Under the pieces are notes generated by a model. That model saw only the letters and a list, made by a program, of their open reading frames with translations. It did not search any database and was not told the DNA's origin. Below, piece after piece: positions 10,259-20,223 of a DNA stretch of 64,000 bases (within the stretch, counting starts at the first letter, position 1; each line of letters opens with the position of its first letter). The stretch is from a virus (taxonomy: Duplodnaviria; Caudoviricetes). The translations under genes and the position numbers were made by a program. The stretch lies in IMG/VR virus record IMGVR_UViG_3300005973_000002; one strand, 5' to 3'.

Positions 10259-10875
10259 GTTTCCAAATACCTTGTAACTTGGTCAATCTTATGAAGTCGA
10301 TCGTTGAGATAGCGTAGATTTAATTCCGTTCCATCCAGTAATTGCTCCTGAAGAAGATTGGCAACTTCAAGCAAGTCCTTTAGGGCGGCAGCCAATTTCA
10401 TTTTTTTGTTTGTTTGTGCCGCCACTTTTGCAGCCTTTTCGTCTTGCTTTTTGGCTTTCCTATTTTCTTTCCTCTTGACAGAAAGACGTGCTTTATAGTC
10501 TTTCAGGGATAGTCCAGCTTTTTTTGCTCCCTTTTTTAGTTTTTCTCGGCGCTCTTGGGCCATTGCACGGTTGTGAGCCTTAATTGCTTCACTTTGAGCT
10601 TTTTCTACTTCCAAAAGAAGTTCTTTATAGTACGGCTTTTTATAGTCTTGGAGGTTGTCAATTTCAACCCAAGTTTTGCCTTTATCTCTACTATAAAAAC
10701 CAATAGTTTTGCTGCCATAGTGGCCACTCACAAACTCCCACTTGAGCCAAAATTTGTTAAATTTTCTTATTTCACCTGGCGTTTTTGGAAACTCTTGCCA
10801 GATGCTCGTCTGTCTGGATTTATCCCAAAGTTTTGGGATGGAATAGTAGCTTCCGTCTTTAATAACATAACTCAT
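10231..10875 (-). CDS. Basic helical hypothetical protein (paralog of 10872-11537)
   Basis: Asp-box-like SRDKGKTW, Lys/Arg-rich helix; ATG 10875 overlaps the upstream TGA (ATGA). Confidence 0.65.
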   Translation of the reverse strand: MSYVIKDGSYYSIPKLWDKSRQTSIWQEFPKTPGEIRKFNKFWLKWEFVSGHYGSKTIGFYSRDKGKTWVEIDNLQDYKKPYYKELLLEVEKAQSEAIKAHNRAMAQERREKLKKGAKKAGLSLKDYKARLSVKRKENRKAKKQDEKAAKVAAQTNKKMKLAAALKDLLEVANLLQEQLLDGTELNLRYLNDRLHKIDQVTRYLETWAQRKKRK

Positions 10876-11537
10876 ATTTGCCATTCCTTTAGGATGTCAA
10901 CAGCAGTTTGCAGCCTGCTCGTATAGCGGCTAACATGCGTAATTTTAACTTGGCCCGAATCGAGCTTCTCCATGACTCAATTGATTTCATCTTGGAGTTC
11001 TTTTAGAACAGGACCAACCTGAATCTTTCTGTTCAACAGTTCTACGTCTTTTTTGGTAGCCTGGCTCTTTCGAGCTTTTTTCTTTCTAGCCTTAAGCTCT
11101 TGAATAGTAATGCCTTTTTTATCGGCCTCTCTCTTTAATTCAGCCCGACGATTTCTTGCTCGTTCACGAGCACGCTGCCTTGCTCTTTCTTTTTTGCTAA
11201 TTTGAATAGCTTCTTCAAGCAACTCAACAAGCTTTCTATCAGAGGAGGAACGAACAGCCTCCCGTTCATATCTTTTGGTGTGGTTATCTTCCCGCCAGGT
11301 AAGACCATCATCCAAAGAAAACTTCTTTGTGAGTTTTATAGCGTAAGCGCCACGAACATTATTCCTTTCACGAATATGTGAAGTACGAATCTTTTCTACT
11401 GTCCATTTAAATAAAATTTTGTCGTGTTTTACGACCAAGTCTGGGGATTCTGGCCAGACTTTGAAGATGGCAGTATCAGCCCAATGCCTTGGTCGAAGTG
11501 ACTCAATTTTGTTTGTGGTTTCGTAGTAGTAAGCCAT
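10872..11537 (-). pseudogene. Basic helical protein gene with one internal in-frame TGA (10977-10979)
   Basis: Frame continues past TGA for 34 codons (VMEKLDSG..LKEWQI) that align with the paralog C-terminus, and ends in an ATGA overlap with the next gene. Confidence 0.65.
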
Positions 11538-11543
11538 GAAGGC

Positions 11544-11572
11544 ACTATACCAAATTGTCAGCTGGAATTCAA
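11544..11572 (-). promoter_or_regulatory. sigma70-like promoter, probably leaderless
   Basis: TTGAAT (11572-11567), 17 nt, TGG-TATAGT (11549-11544), 6 nt, ATG at 11537. Confidence 0.7.
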
Positions 11573-11674
11573 GACAAATAAAAAACCCGAAGCGATTGCT
11601 GACCAACCAATTTTTCAATCTTGGTTATAAGAACCGTATGACACTGATTAACATTTGCTTAAAAAGCAAATACT

Positions 11675-11748
11675 TGGCTGCGGGTGTAGGAGTCGAACCC
11701 ACATTAACCGATCCAGAGTCGGTTGTCTTGCCATTAGACGAACCCGCA
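11675..11748 (-). tRNA. trnQ: tRNA-Gln (anticodon CUG)
   Basis: TGCGGGT/ACCCGCA acceptor, ACCGA-CTCTGGA-TCGGT anticodon arm, GGTTCGACTCC T-arm, encoded CCA. Confidence 0.95.
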
Positions 11749-11859
11749 ATCAAGAGAATGGTTTAATGATAAACCTACCAATGTACCCGGCGTTTTACCA
11801 TTATACTATTCCCAAATGGTGGCTCTTTTCGAGCCTTGACTCTTCATGAGTTCTGTTAA

Positions 11860-12505
11860 TTATTTGTTAACTTTGCTTTTTACAAACTTAACAAGCTTTG
11901 GAACACCCCAGGAAAGCACCAATCCACCGCCAACAAGCAATGCTGCGACTGCGAGATTTGGAACGCCCCAGACTGCTAGATGCAAACAAAGAAGTGCTGC
12001 CGCTGGCCCACCCCAAAGTGCTACTGTCTTAAGTTTATCCATCTTTCTCTACCTTTCTGAGGAAACATTCCTCAAATAACAAGTAGAGTATACAACGAAC
12101 AGTATCCACATTGATAAGTGACTTTTATTTTCAGTTTTTGAGCTTATTTCTCCAATAGGTTCTACCCTCTTCTTCGTTGAGATGAAACATGAAATATACG
12201 CCCAAATTTATCAAAACCCAAACAACTATTGCCAAAGCAATCCATTTACCAAACAAACCAAGAGACATTGCAACTATTGCAGGTAACATACCACCATAAA
12301 GAAGAATCGCATTAATCATTGGCAGAGCCAAATCCCCACCAGATTTATCTACTTCATACCAACCCCATTTAATCATACCAGAAAGAGCCCAAAACCATAG
12401 CCAAATTAGATATTTGAATGGCCTGATAGGCGAAAAATGTTTCGGTTTCTTGGGTGGCATTGGAATAAAATCCCTCCCATGAGGATCAGACATGTTTTTC
12501 TCCAT
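11860..12505 (-). CDS. Two small membrane proteins (11860-12042, 12131-12505)
   Basis: Multiple hydrophobic helices in both ORFs. Confidence 0.55.
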
Positions 12506-13134
12506 CGGTAGCGGTTGTCAAATGCTCAGATGCAATCCAATATAATCGTTCTTGCAATAAGACTTTATAATACCAAGTTCCAGCTCCGTGCTTCTGCTCA
12601 AAGCAGAAATTTAGAACCATTCCACAACCTTCTTGTGGCGGGTTCGACAGTGGTCCAAGAGTAATATCCAAAATTCCAGGCTCGCTTGGATCAATACTCT
12701 CTGCTGCCCATTTCTTGTCTTCGGTTACCGAAGAAGATTTGGAAGTAGCCAAAAAGATACGTTGCCCATATCCACGAGTCATTAACTTTAATGGATGGGT
12801 AAAATAAACAATTTGCCCAGATTCAAATTGCTTCTTCTTTGGCAGGCTTTTGTTCATCATACACTAACACAAATGCAAGATTGTTTATATTCGTATCAAA
12901 GATGCCTTTTCGTGAAAGAATTCTCATACACCAAGGATTGCAAAATCCAAGTAGTAAAACTGGCTGTCCAGCCTTTGACTCAGGAATCCACTGCCAACCA
13001 TTTTTGGCACTGGCTACTGGATGACAATTCCCTTGCTTGTCATCACATAAATCAGTTTGTCCCTTGATACCAACCAAGGAACCGGGAAGAGGGCACCATT
13101 TTTTATATTCGATCCTCAAAAGCTTATAATTCAT
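12486..13134 (-). CDS. Two SH3/KOW-like small hypothetical proteins (12486-12860, 12823-13134)
   Basis: xGQIV/xGSLV N-terminal strand and C-terminal (V/I)L..E..YW pattern shared with many ORFs in the window. Confidence 0.5.
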
Positions 13135-13648
13135 ATACGTTTATAGTAATATTTGTGTCCTTAACGGCCTTTTCCATAAGTTTTTTAACCAAGCCCTTGT
13201 CAAGGGCACCAAGACCACAACCAATCCATGGCATTGCCACTGTTTTCAGTTCAGAGTTGGATTTGGCTCTTTCTAAGTTGATCTCCTGTAAAGATCGTAC
13301 CATGTTTTTGAGACTGCTTTCGACTGCGCTATACGTTGCCGGAAGTCGCCAATGTGATTTGATGGCAAGATTATACACCCAGGTAGAGACAGCCTCTTTT
13401 TCTTCAATTCTACCAAGAGAATTATGAAAAAGAATCGTCTCATAGTCTTCAAAAAGCCAAGCCATTCCAGGAATTATCCTGCCTTCTTTACATTCATGAC
13501 GGTAAGCTTCGTACATTTGCGGAAACCGTCTTTTGAATTCGACAGCGATGCCTTTGCCCATGGCACCGGCACAATTTACCCCGTGAGCCAAAACCCGCTG
13601 CTCCATGACAGCATCGAACAAATTTCCCCTAAAAACTTTCACTGACAT
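13124..13648 (-). CDS. Macro domain protein (ADP-ribose binding/hydrolase)
   Basis: FRGNLF, AHGVNCAGAMGKGIAVEFK, VAMPWIGCGLGALD. Confidence 0.9.
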   Translation of the reverse strand: MSVKVFRGNLFDAVMEQRVLAHGVNCAGAMGKGIAVEFKRRFPQMYEAYRHECKEGRIIPGMAWLFEDYETILFHNSLGRIEEKEAVSTWVYNLAIKSHWRLPATYSAVESSLKNMVRSLQEINLERAKSNSELKTVAMPWIGCGLGALDKGLVKKLMEKAVKDTNITINVYEL

Positions 13649-14200
13649 TGATTTTATTCAAAGCCTTTCTTTTTATGAAGACGACTCTTTCATCCCAAAG
13701 ACATCGGATGCGATCTGATTCAAAAAACGGAGCAACAGAGCCTTCAAGTGCGAGTACGATTGAGCCATGAGGAATACGCACAAAATTACCGCCACCTTTA
13801 ACATAAGCGGTTACAAAGGCTGGTTCAGCGAAGCCGGCAAACTCAAGCTTGTTAAAATACTTCTCATGAATATCATCATAAAAAGCATTTACAATGAGCA
13901 TTTCTCCTGCTTTGCACCAATACATGATTCTCTCGCTACGTTATTGGAATTTGCTACCCACACTTCGCCTTCATACAAAACTCTTATCAAGGCTTGATCA
14001 CCATCCTGGGGTTTAGAATCCAAAGCCATCAAAACAGTCCCGGCAGGAATTGTCGAATTAGATTCGATACAAGAACCGCTTTCTGTCTTAAAAAAGACTT
14101 TTGGCCAAACGCCATCTGGATCACCTTTAGAGAGATAATGCTCTCTGGTAATTTTTACCAGGTCTCCTGCCACCCAATCATTTAGACGTTTATTGATCAT
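13629..14200 (-). CDS. Two SH3/KOW-like small hypothetical proteins (13629-13925, 13889-14200)
   Basis: AGEML/AGDLV, IPHGS/IPAGT and C-terminal strand pattern shared. Confidence 0.5.
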
Positions 14201-14966
14201 CCCCTACAATTTGATACTTCTTCCAGCATTTCTTAGCTTTTACACTTTTGAAAACACCTTGAGGGTTCTCTGGGGTAAGTATGATGCAAGATAAGCGTCC
14301 CCCAAAACATGAACCAGTATCTAGTCCGATCATTCGTGCTCCTTTTTTATTGTAATCAACAACAGGAGCATCAAAAGACCGTACATCGTGGCCGTAAATG
14401 ATGTCAATGTGCCCATCATAAACTTCAGTCCAATGGACTGAATTTTCTGGTTTGGTAAACCCAGGCCCAAGGCTCAATTGCTGATAAGAATCTTTGTCGA
14501 TATATCGAGTAAAGATGTACTCCTCACGGTCACGTTTGTCCCAAGGCTCATCTTTCGGCAAAACACCAGCATGAACCACCAAAGCATTATATTCCCAAAT
14601 AGGGACACAATATTTGCCGGCTTCAAGGTAGTCAAGATTTTTATCGGTTAATGATTGCCAAACTTCTTGCTTGTGTCCATAGAGCGATATGGGGTTGCGA
14701 TAATGCTTGCGGCCCACATGGGTTTTCTTCTGTTCGTGACGACGATAGCGGATATACTTGTCATCATGATTGCCGATGCAAATTTCAGCTCCAAGCTCCT
14801 CGGCATAGCTGACAACTTCTGCCGACTTGGGCCCACGATCGACAAGGTCGCCTGCGAAAATCAGGCGATCCTTATCCTTGTTATACTCGCATAGTTCAAT
14901 GAGTTCTACCAACTCATCGAGCATTCCGTGAATATCCCCACATACAATGACCTTTTTTCTTACCAT
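14190..14966 (-). CDS. Metallophosphoesterase, Ser/Thr phosphatase or ApaH/PrpE-like
   Basis: GDIHG, GDLVDRGP, GNHD, VHAG, YGHD, LDTGSCFGG motifs. Confidence 0.9.
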   Translation of the reverse strand: MVRKKVIVCGDIHGMLDELVELIELCEYNKDKDRLIFAGDLVDRGPKSAEVVSYAEELGAEICIGNHDDKYIRYRRHEQKKTHVGRKHYRNPISLYGHKQEVWQSLTDKNLDYLEAGKYCVPIWEYNALVVHAGVLPKDEPWDKRDREEYIFTRYIDKDSYQQLSLGPGFTKPENSVHWTEVYDGHIDIIYGHDVRSFDAPVVDYNKKGARMIGLDTGSCFGGRLSCIILTPENPQGVFKSVKAKKCWKKYQIVGDDQ

Positions 14967-15000
14967 GATAAAACCATATCACCTTGAAGGAAAAGTTTGA

Positions 15001-15720
15001 ATGTATAAACTATATTGTTTATTTGAATCAGAAACAGGTCAAGTGTTTTACATAGGAATTACTCGGAGAACTTTAAAGGAAAGACTTCAGTCGCATACTT
15101 GGAATTCGCATTGTAAAATAAACAGAAGATGAAAATCAACAACTCCTAAATCAAATTATATTCGTGAATTAAAAACTAAAAAGAAAAAATTTGAAATTGT
15201 TGGTTTGTTGGAATCTGCTGACAAAACCTATATTGAAAATGCCGAACGTCGCTATATCGCTTTTGCAAAAAGAATGAAATTTAATTTAACTAATGCCACT
15301 TCGGGCGGCCAAGGAATACAGGAATATAAACATAAACCAGAAACAATAGAAAGGTTACGCAAACTAAATTCTGGCAAAAACAATCCTCAGTGGGGCAAAA
15401 CTCCTTCAAAGGAAACTAGAGCAAAACAACGTAAAGCTCTTAAAGGCAAGCCTAGACCACGTCCAAAAGATTATAAAGGATGGAAACGTCGAATTTCAAA
15501 AAATCATGCTGATGTCTCTGGTAAAAATAATCCAATGTTTGGTAAACCTGCTCCAACACGAAAAAGAACTATTCAATATGATTTGAATGGCAATAAAATT
15601 GCCGAATTTGCAAGTGCTACGGCTGCTGCCAAAGCTATTAATTTATCCCGAGTAACAATTTCTAATTGTGCTTCTGGTTATTCATCAACAGCTGGTGGGT
15701 TTGTTTGGAAGTACGAATAA
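15001..15720 (+). pseudogene. GIY-YIG homing endonuclease with NUMOD3/NUMOD1 repeats, interrupted by in-frame TGA at 15130-15132
   Basis: ATG 15001 gives MYKLYCL..FYIGIT..LKERLQSH; same frame as ORF 15205-15720 (NPQWGK, NPMFGK, EFASATAAAKA). Confidence 0.8.
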
Positions 15721-15788
15721 TTGTTTTAACACGTGCCATGACTCACCTTATCAAGTTTTTGGCGATTTGTAAACCGGGAAAGTTTTAT

Positions 15789-16418
15789 TTAGCCAAACTT
15801 CCAATCCACAGTAACGTTTACCTTCATTGAAGGAATTCTTTTGTGGTTTGCAAGATTATGCTGTAAACATTCATCCGGAGTAATGAACCAATCTGCGCCT
15901 CTCTTTTGAGTGACAATATCATAGAAATAATTTTCATCATCGTGACCGCAGTTACTGGCCATCTTTCTATAGATAAGTTTATTCAACCTCGTTGTTTCTT
16001 CGGCCGAAGCTTTAACCTCGGGTTCTTTGCCCCAAGAAAATGAAGAAACATCATGGATAAGCACTGTAGCGTGTGGGCCCACATAACGATGTCCTTCCGC
16101 ACCACATGTGAAAAGAACTGCTCCACAAGACATTGCTTTTCCTTCAACAATGGTTGCAACAGGAATTTTACAATGATCAATAGAATCTATCATTGATAGA
16201 AGCGCATAAACAGAGCCACCATAAGAATCAATAACAATTGGAATAATATCCTGTTTAGACTTCATCGCATGTGATTCTGCGATTTCAAGTTCATGCCGAA
16301 ATCTTTTAGCGCTTTCTTCACTAAATTCTCCGCTAAAAACTATATAAACTGGAAGATCAAGTTGTTCTTCTGGTTTTTCAATTTTGATTCTTGAATCTAA
16401 GTCGACAAGATATCTCAT
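15789..16418 (-). CDS. clpP: ClpP-type protease subunit
   Basis: IDSYGGSV, GKAMSCG (catalytic Ser), VLIHD (His), DWF; AAAGGAG SD. Confidence 0.9.
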   Translation of the reverse strand: MRYLVDLDSRIKIEKPEEQLDLPVYIVFSGEFSEESAKRFRHELEIAESHAMKSKQDIIPIVIDSYGGSVYALLSMIDSIDHCKIPVATIVEGKAMSCGAVLFTCGAEGHRYVGPHATVLIHDVSSFSWGKEPEVKASAEETTRLNKLIYRKMASNCGHDDENYFYDIVTQKRGADWFITPDECLQHNLANHKRIPSMKVNVTVDWKFG

Positions 16419-16436
16419 AAATCTCCTTTGTTGAAA

Positions 16437-17027
16437 TCAGTATACGGGCGCACCATCCACAAGTCCAATAAGTTTTTTAAGGATTTTGAGAGTAAGCTTT
16501 GCATCAAATTCTGCATCGTGTGCTTTAGAATAATCAAAGCCAAAATAGGTAGCAAGACTTTGAAGGCTGCAATCAAGAGTGTCAGGTAATTTACCTGTCA
16601 AAATCATATAGTGGGCGATTGTTGCTGTATCCAATCTACGGTAAGAATAAAATCTCCCCCAGCAATCACCCTCGGAATTATCCGTTTTCAGGAAATGTTT
16701 TTTCACAAAGCGGATATCCAACGACAAATTGTGTCCAGCCGGGATCATCTTTGTAACTCCAAGCGAATGCTTGCAGGAGAAATCGTAGAATTCTTTGGCT
16801 GCTTGCTCTTCTGGAACGGCAACTTTGTCATGTGCGACAAGATCAATATTGTGAACAGAAAGCGCTTCAGCAGTCAAGCTATAAAGCCCATTATTGGGCT
16901 TTATTTTTAAATCAATTGCGTCAAGTATTTCGAGCTGGTCATTCAAGACCATTCCATAAAGCGTCAACAAGCTGGTTTTCGGGTTCTTGCCGCCGGTTTC
17001 CACATCAAACAGAAAAAACTTCCTCAT
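16437..17027 (-). CDS. DEDDh 3'-5' exonuclease (DnaQ-like)
   Basis: FDVETGG, AGHNLSLD, RLDT, HDAEFD. Confidence 0.9.
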   Translation of the reverse strand: MRKFFLFDVETGGKNPKTSLLTLYGMVLNDQLEILDAIDLKIKPNNGLYSLTAEALSVHNIDLVAHDKVAVPEEQAAKEFYDFSCKHSLGVTKMIPAGHNLSLDIRFVKKHFLKTDNSEGDCWGRFYSYRRLDTATIAHYMILTGKLPDTLDCSLQSLATYFGFDYSKAHDAEFDAKLTLKILKKLIGLVDGAPVY

Positions 17028-17034
17028 TTTACCC

Positions 17035-17583
17035 TCATAAAAATAAAAAAACCATTCCAAAAACCACCAACCCAACCAAAAGAACAACACACGTCCACGC
17101 AACAAAACGCAGACAAAAGTTGGCTATTGCGTCAACAGTTTTCCTTTGCTCGACTTTGTCAACAAGCTGCGTTTTCAGCCTCTTGTTTTCTTCCTCAAGA
17201 TTTGCCACATAATCACGAAATGATTCACCACGAAAATCGACATCATGCTTTGGGTGCGGGTCGTCCTTGCGCTTATTTTTATTCCAATATTTTTTGGCCA
17301 ACTCTTTGTTGACCGACGCCTTCTTCTCCTCTTTTTGAGAGGAATTATTTTCCCCTTGCTTTACTGTCTTTTTTGCATTATCAAAGTTTTTTCTTACCCT
17401 TTTGTGGGCAAGTTTTGTATCGAACCTCAAATCACCCAAAACTTTAGAAGCATCATTCCAAATTTTTTCCATGTCGTGGCAAAGCTTTTCTACATCGTTT
17501 TCAGCAAATTCAACATGGTCGAAAGTCTTTTTCATTTCATTGAAAAGACGCTTTCTTCTGGTAAGTTTTCGACTTCTGCTCAT
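17035..17583 (-). CDS. Basic coiled-coil protein with C-terminal membrane anchor
   Basis: Start MSRSRK; terminal hydrophobic helix FVAWTCVVLLVGLVVFGMVFLFL. Confidence 0.55.
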   Translation of the reverse strand: MSRSRKLTRRKRLFNEMKKTFDHVEFAENDVEKLCHDMEKIWNDASKVLGDLRFDTKLAHKRVRKNFDNAKKTVKQGENNSSQKEEKKASVNKELAKKYWNKNKRKDDPHPKHDVDFRGESFRDYVANLEEENKRLKTQLVDKVEQRKTVDAIANFCLRFVAWTCVVLLVGLVVFGMVFLFL

Positions 17584-17674
17584 GGGAATGACTCTATAGC
17601 AAAGAGAAAAATGAATAAACCACCAAAACAAAACACGGACCGAAGCCCGTGTTTTGTTTGTACACATGTATTTC

Positions 17675-17986
17675 TTACATGAAGACTGATTTTTTCCAAG
17701 ATTCCATAAAAGAAATGATGTTCTTGGCCCCAACTGGATTTTCACTGTGTACCACATATTTGGGAATTTTATCCGGGTCTGCGCCCATGGTTTCCCAAAT
17801 GTGATGAAGCTCTTTCAGAAACCTCATTGTATCATCTTTTTCACCAAGATCATGGTCAAGACTCATCAATTCAGGCAGCTCGTTACGTTCAACACAACGA
17901 ACAACTGCCATGACAGAAGATCGAACAACGGTCCAGCCAGCCTGGGTCGGGTTTCTTTCATCATCAAGATATAATTTCCAAGTCAT
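17675..17986 (-). CDS. Cyclic-phosphate processing receiver-like domain protein
   Basis: KLYLDDERNP..SLDHDLG..VHSENPVG pattern. Confidence 0.75.
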   Translation of the reverse strand: MTWKLYLDDERNPTQAGWTVVRSSVMAVVRCVERNELPELMSLDHDLGEKDDTMRFLKELHHIWETMGADPDKIPKYVVHSENPVGAKNIISFMESWKKSVFM

Positions 17987-17993
17987 TTTTCCT

Positions 17994-19012
17994 CTACTGC
18001 TTTCTCGCAAGCTCCAGGAGCTGTTGAAATTTTTTATAATTGTTTGTTGGATCTACACGATTCCAGATGATTTTTCCTTGTCTGACAAGGTCGCAGGCAC
18101 TTAAAACAATAGACAGCTCAACCTCTCGCTGTATCACCTGTTCTCGATGTAAGAAACTATATTTAAACTGGCGTATTTGGCCAGGTTTTACCCAAATCTC
18201 TTCGGGGTCAGAAATCAAGAGAAGAATCCGTGAGAAATTCTCATCAACTCCCTGAAATCCCCAATATATAAAAATATCACCAGCTTTAGGCGATGGCAGC
18301 TTCATTTTCAAACAATCTTTTTAGATTAGTTTCACGGATTCGAACCATTCTTTCTTCAAGAAGAATGTCATACCAATTATTGCCACAGCGATCAATTTTT
18401 CGGGTAACAACGAAAGCGCTTGAACCAGTTTTGGCTCCATCAGAATCCCAACCCCAAAACTTGCTTTCATCACCTGGGTCAGGTCGGCAAACGACAACAT
18501 ATTTCGGAGCCCGTTTTTTCCCACCTTTTCTCGCTTTGTGTGGCGGTGAATAAATCTTCACCAAGTCTCCAGGAGAGAAATCAGCCATGATACTGCCCCT
18601 TCAAGTCACTTCTAAGAACCCACCAAAGTTGTTCGTCAACAAGCACCTGACAAAGATCCGCATATGTTGTTCGTTCCGTTTTGATCAACATTGCAACGCT
18701 GTCAAATAAATCTTGCCTTTTGACATATTCGATCTCTCTTCGTTTTTCGGTAAATTTTGATGAGAAGGCTGGATGGAGTTCTTCGGCTGTATATTTCCCA
18801 GGCCACAGTCTAATACCTCGACTAAAAACCCATTCGTTGGGCCTGATATTATTAGATGGATCTCCCACAAATTGTACAAGCATTCCGGCTTTTAGGGCTG
18901 GCCGCTTTTTGATTATACGACGATTATTTCTAACTTGCAATTTCTTGCACAGTTTTGCTTTTCGCCTATTCTTAGCCTTTTTCTGTTTTTTCTTTTTGCT
19001 CATCGTTCTCAA
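17994..19012 (-). CDS. Three SH3/KOW-like hypothetical proteins (17994-18311, 18286-18588, 18581-19012)
   Basis: KAGDIF/SPGDLV/KAGMLV starts and C-terminal (I/V)L.(E/D)E..(V/W) pattern. Confidence 0.5.
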
Positions 19013-19014
19013 AC

Positions 19015-19046
19015 AAAGCCGACTAGAGAAAGCTCTAGTCGGCTTT
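19015..19046. terminator. Rho-independent terminator, possibly bidirectional
   Basis: AAAGCCGACTAGAG-AAAG-CTCTAGTCGGCTTT perfect 14-bp stem. Confidence 0.8.
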
Positions 19047-19073
19047 TAAAAGAAAGAAGTTTTCTACGGAGGC

Positions 19074-20129
19074 TCAGTGTCGTCGTGTATATCGACGCTT
19101 GTGACGGGGGCTATTACGACCCTTCCTGGGCTTATATAGGTCATTCGGCGTCGGAAGCTCAGTTTCTTCTTCGACCGCATCATCGAAAACTTTTGCAACT
19201 TGCGCTCGAACGTGTTCAAGGTGCTTCAACTTGAAGCTCCATGACTTAGTATCAGGATTGTACTTTCGATCGTCATATGGAACTTGCTTAAGTCCGTTAA
19301 TCAAGCCATACATATTTTCACCCTTCTTCCAAGGAAAGGAAAGGGTAAAATCTTCAGAGCGTAAACGAATTCGGGCGGTTGCCTTCTTTTGTGGAGGCGG
19401 AACCGTTTGCACCATCTGCATCACCTGCTGAGGGTTTTTACTCTTCCAAGTATCAACCTGGTCCATAAGGTTTTCAAGGTCAGTATCGTAAAAAGGCCAA
19501 AACTTTCGGACAATTTCAAAAAACTGCTCTGCTTCAGTAGCAGGTGCCGAATAGGGCGTTTTATCTCCACGATATCGTGGCGTGATAATGCCAGGAATCT
19601 TCTTCATTTGGAAGAAACCGGGCTTACAGGCGGTTCCAACAAGCCAAACACGTCCATTCTCAAACCAAACCCTTGCCTCGGATTTAGAGGCATCACCAGC
19701 AAGAACACCGGCAAGACCAATGTAACCAAGAGCTTCTACAATCTTGATCAGTCGCTCTCTGAGCGTATCGCTCATCATGTAGCTAAGAAAATAGTCTAGC
19801 TCACGGACTTCATCACGATAATCTGAGCCAGCCAACTTCATTGCCATAATGTCATCATTGGCCTTTTGTACTTGCTCGGACTTCTTCAAAAAAGAAGCCT
19901 TAAACGATTCAAAACGTTCCTGTAGTTCTACAGGAAGCTGATCAGCATGAGTGCCGAGAATTAGAGCGCCAGCAACGGGCAAATTCGCCTGAATGGTCTT
20001 GGCATAAAGATGATTATCCTTATTGCGACAAATCGGCCCAACACCACACTCCCGTGAAGCAGGGTCGGTCAATTCTTTGCGACAACGAGAACAGTGACGA
20101 AGCGTGATATCAGTAACAAGTCGAGGCAT
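19074..20129 (-). CDS. DUF6011-like zinc-finger protein
   Basis: CSRCRKELTDPASRECGVGPICR; C-terminal RKYNPDTKSWSF; AGGAG SD. Confidence 0.65.
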   Translation of the reverse strand: MPRLVTDITLRHCSRCRKELTDPASRECGVGPICRNKDNHLYAKTIQANLPVAGALILGTHADQLPVELQERFESFKASFLKKSEQVQKANDDIMAMKLAGSDYRDEVRELDYFLSYMMSDTLRERLIKIVEALGYIGLAGVLAGDASKSEARVWFENGRVWLVGTACKPGFFQMKKIPGIITPRYRGDKTPYSAPATEAEQFFEIVRKFWPFYDTDLENLMDQVDTWKSKNPQQVMQMVQTVPPPQKKATARIRLRSEDFTLSFPWKKGENMYGLINGLKQVPYDDRKYNPDTKSWSFKLKHLEHVRAQVAKVFDDAVEEETELPTPNDLYKPRKGRNSPRHKRRYTRRH

Positions 20130-20223
20130 CCGAACACTCCTTTTCTGGGTTTAGGTTAACACACGCACCCCAAGGAGTAAACCAAATGTCCGATAAACGT
20201 ATTTGTTTATCTATTAACTTAGT

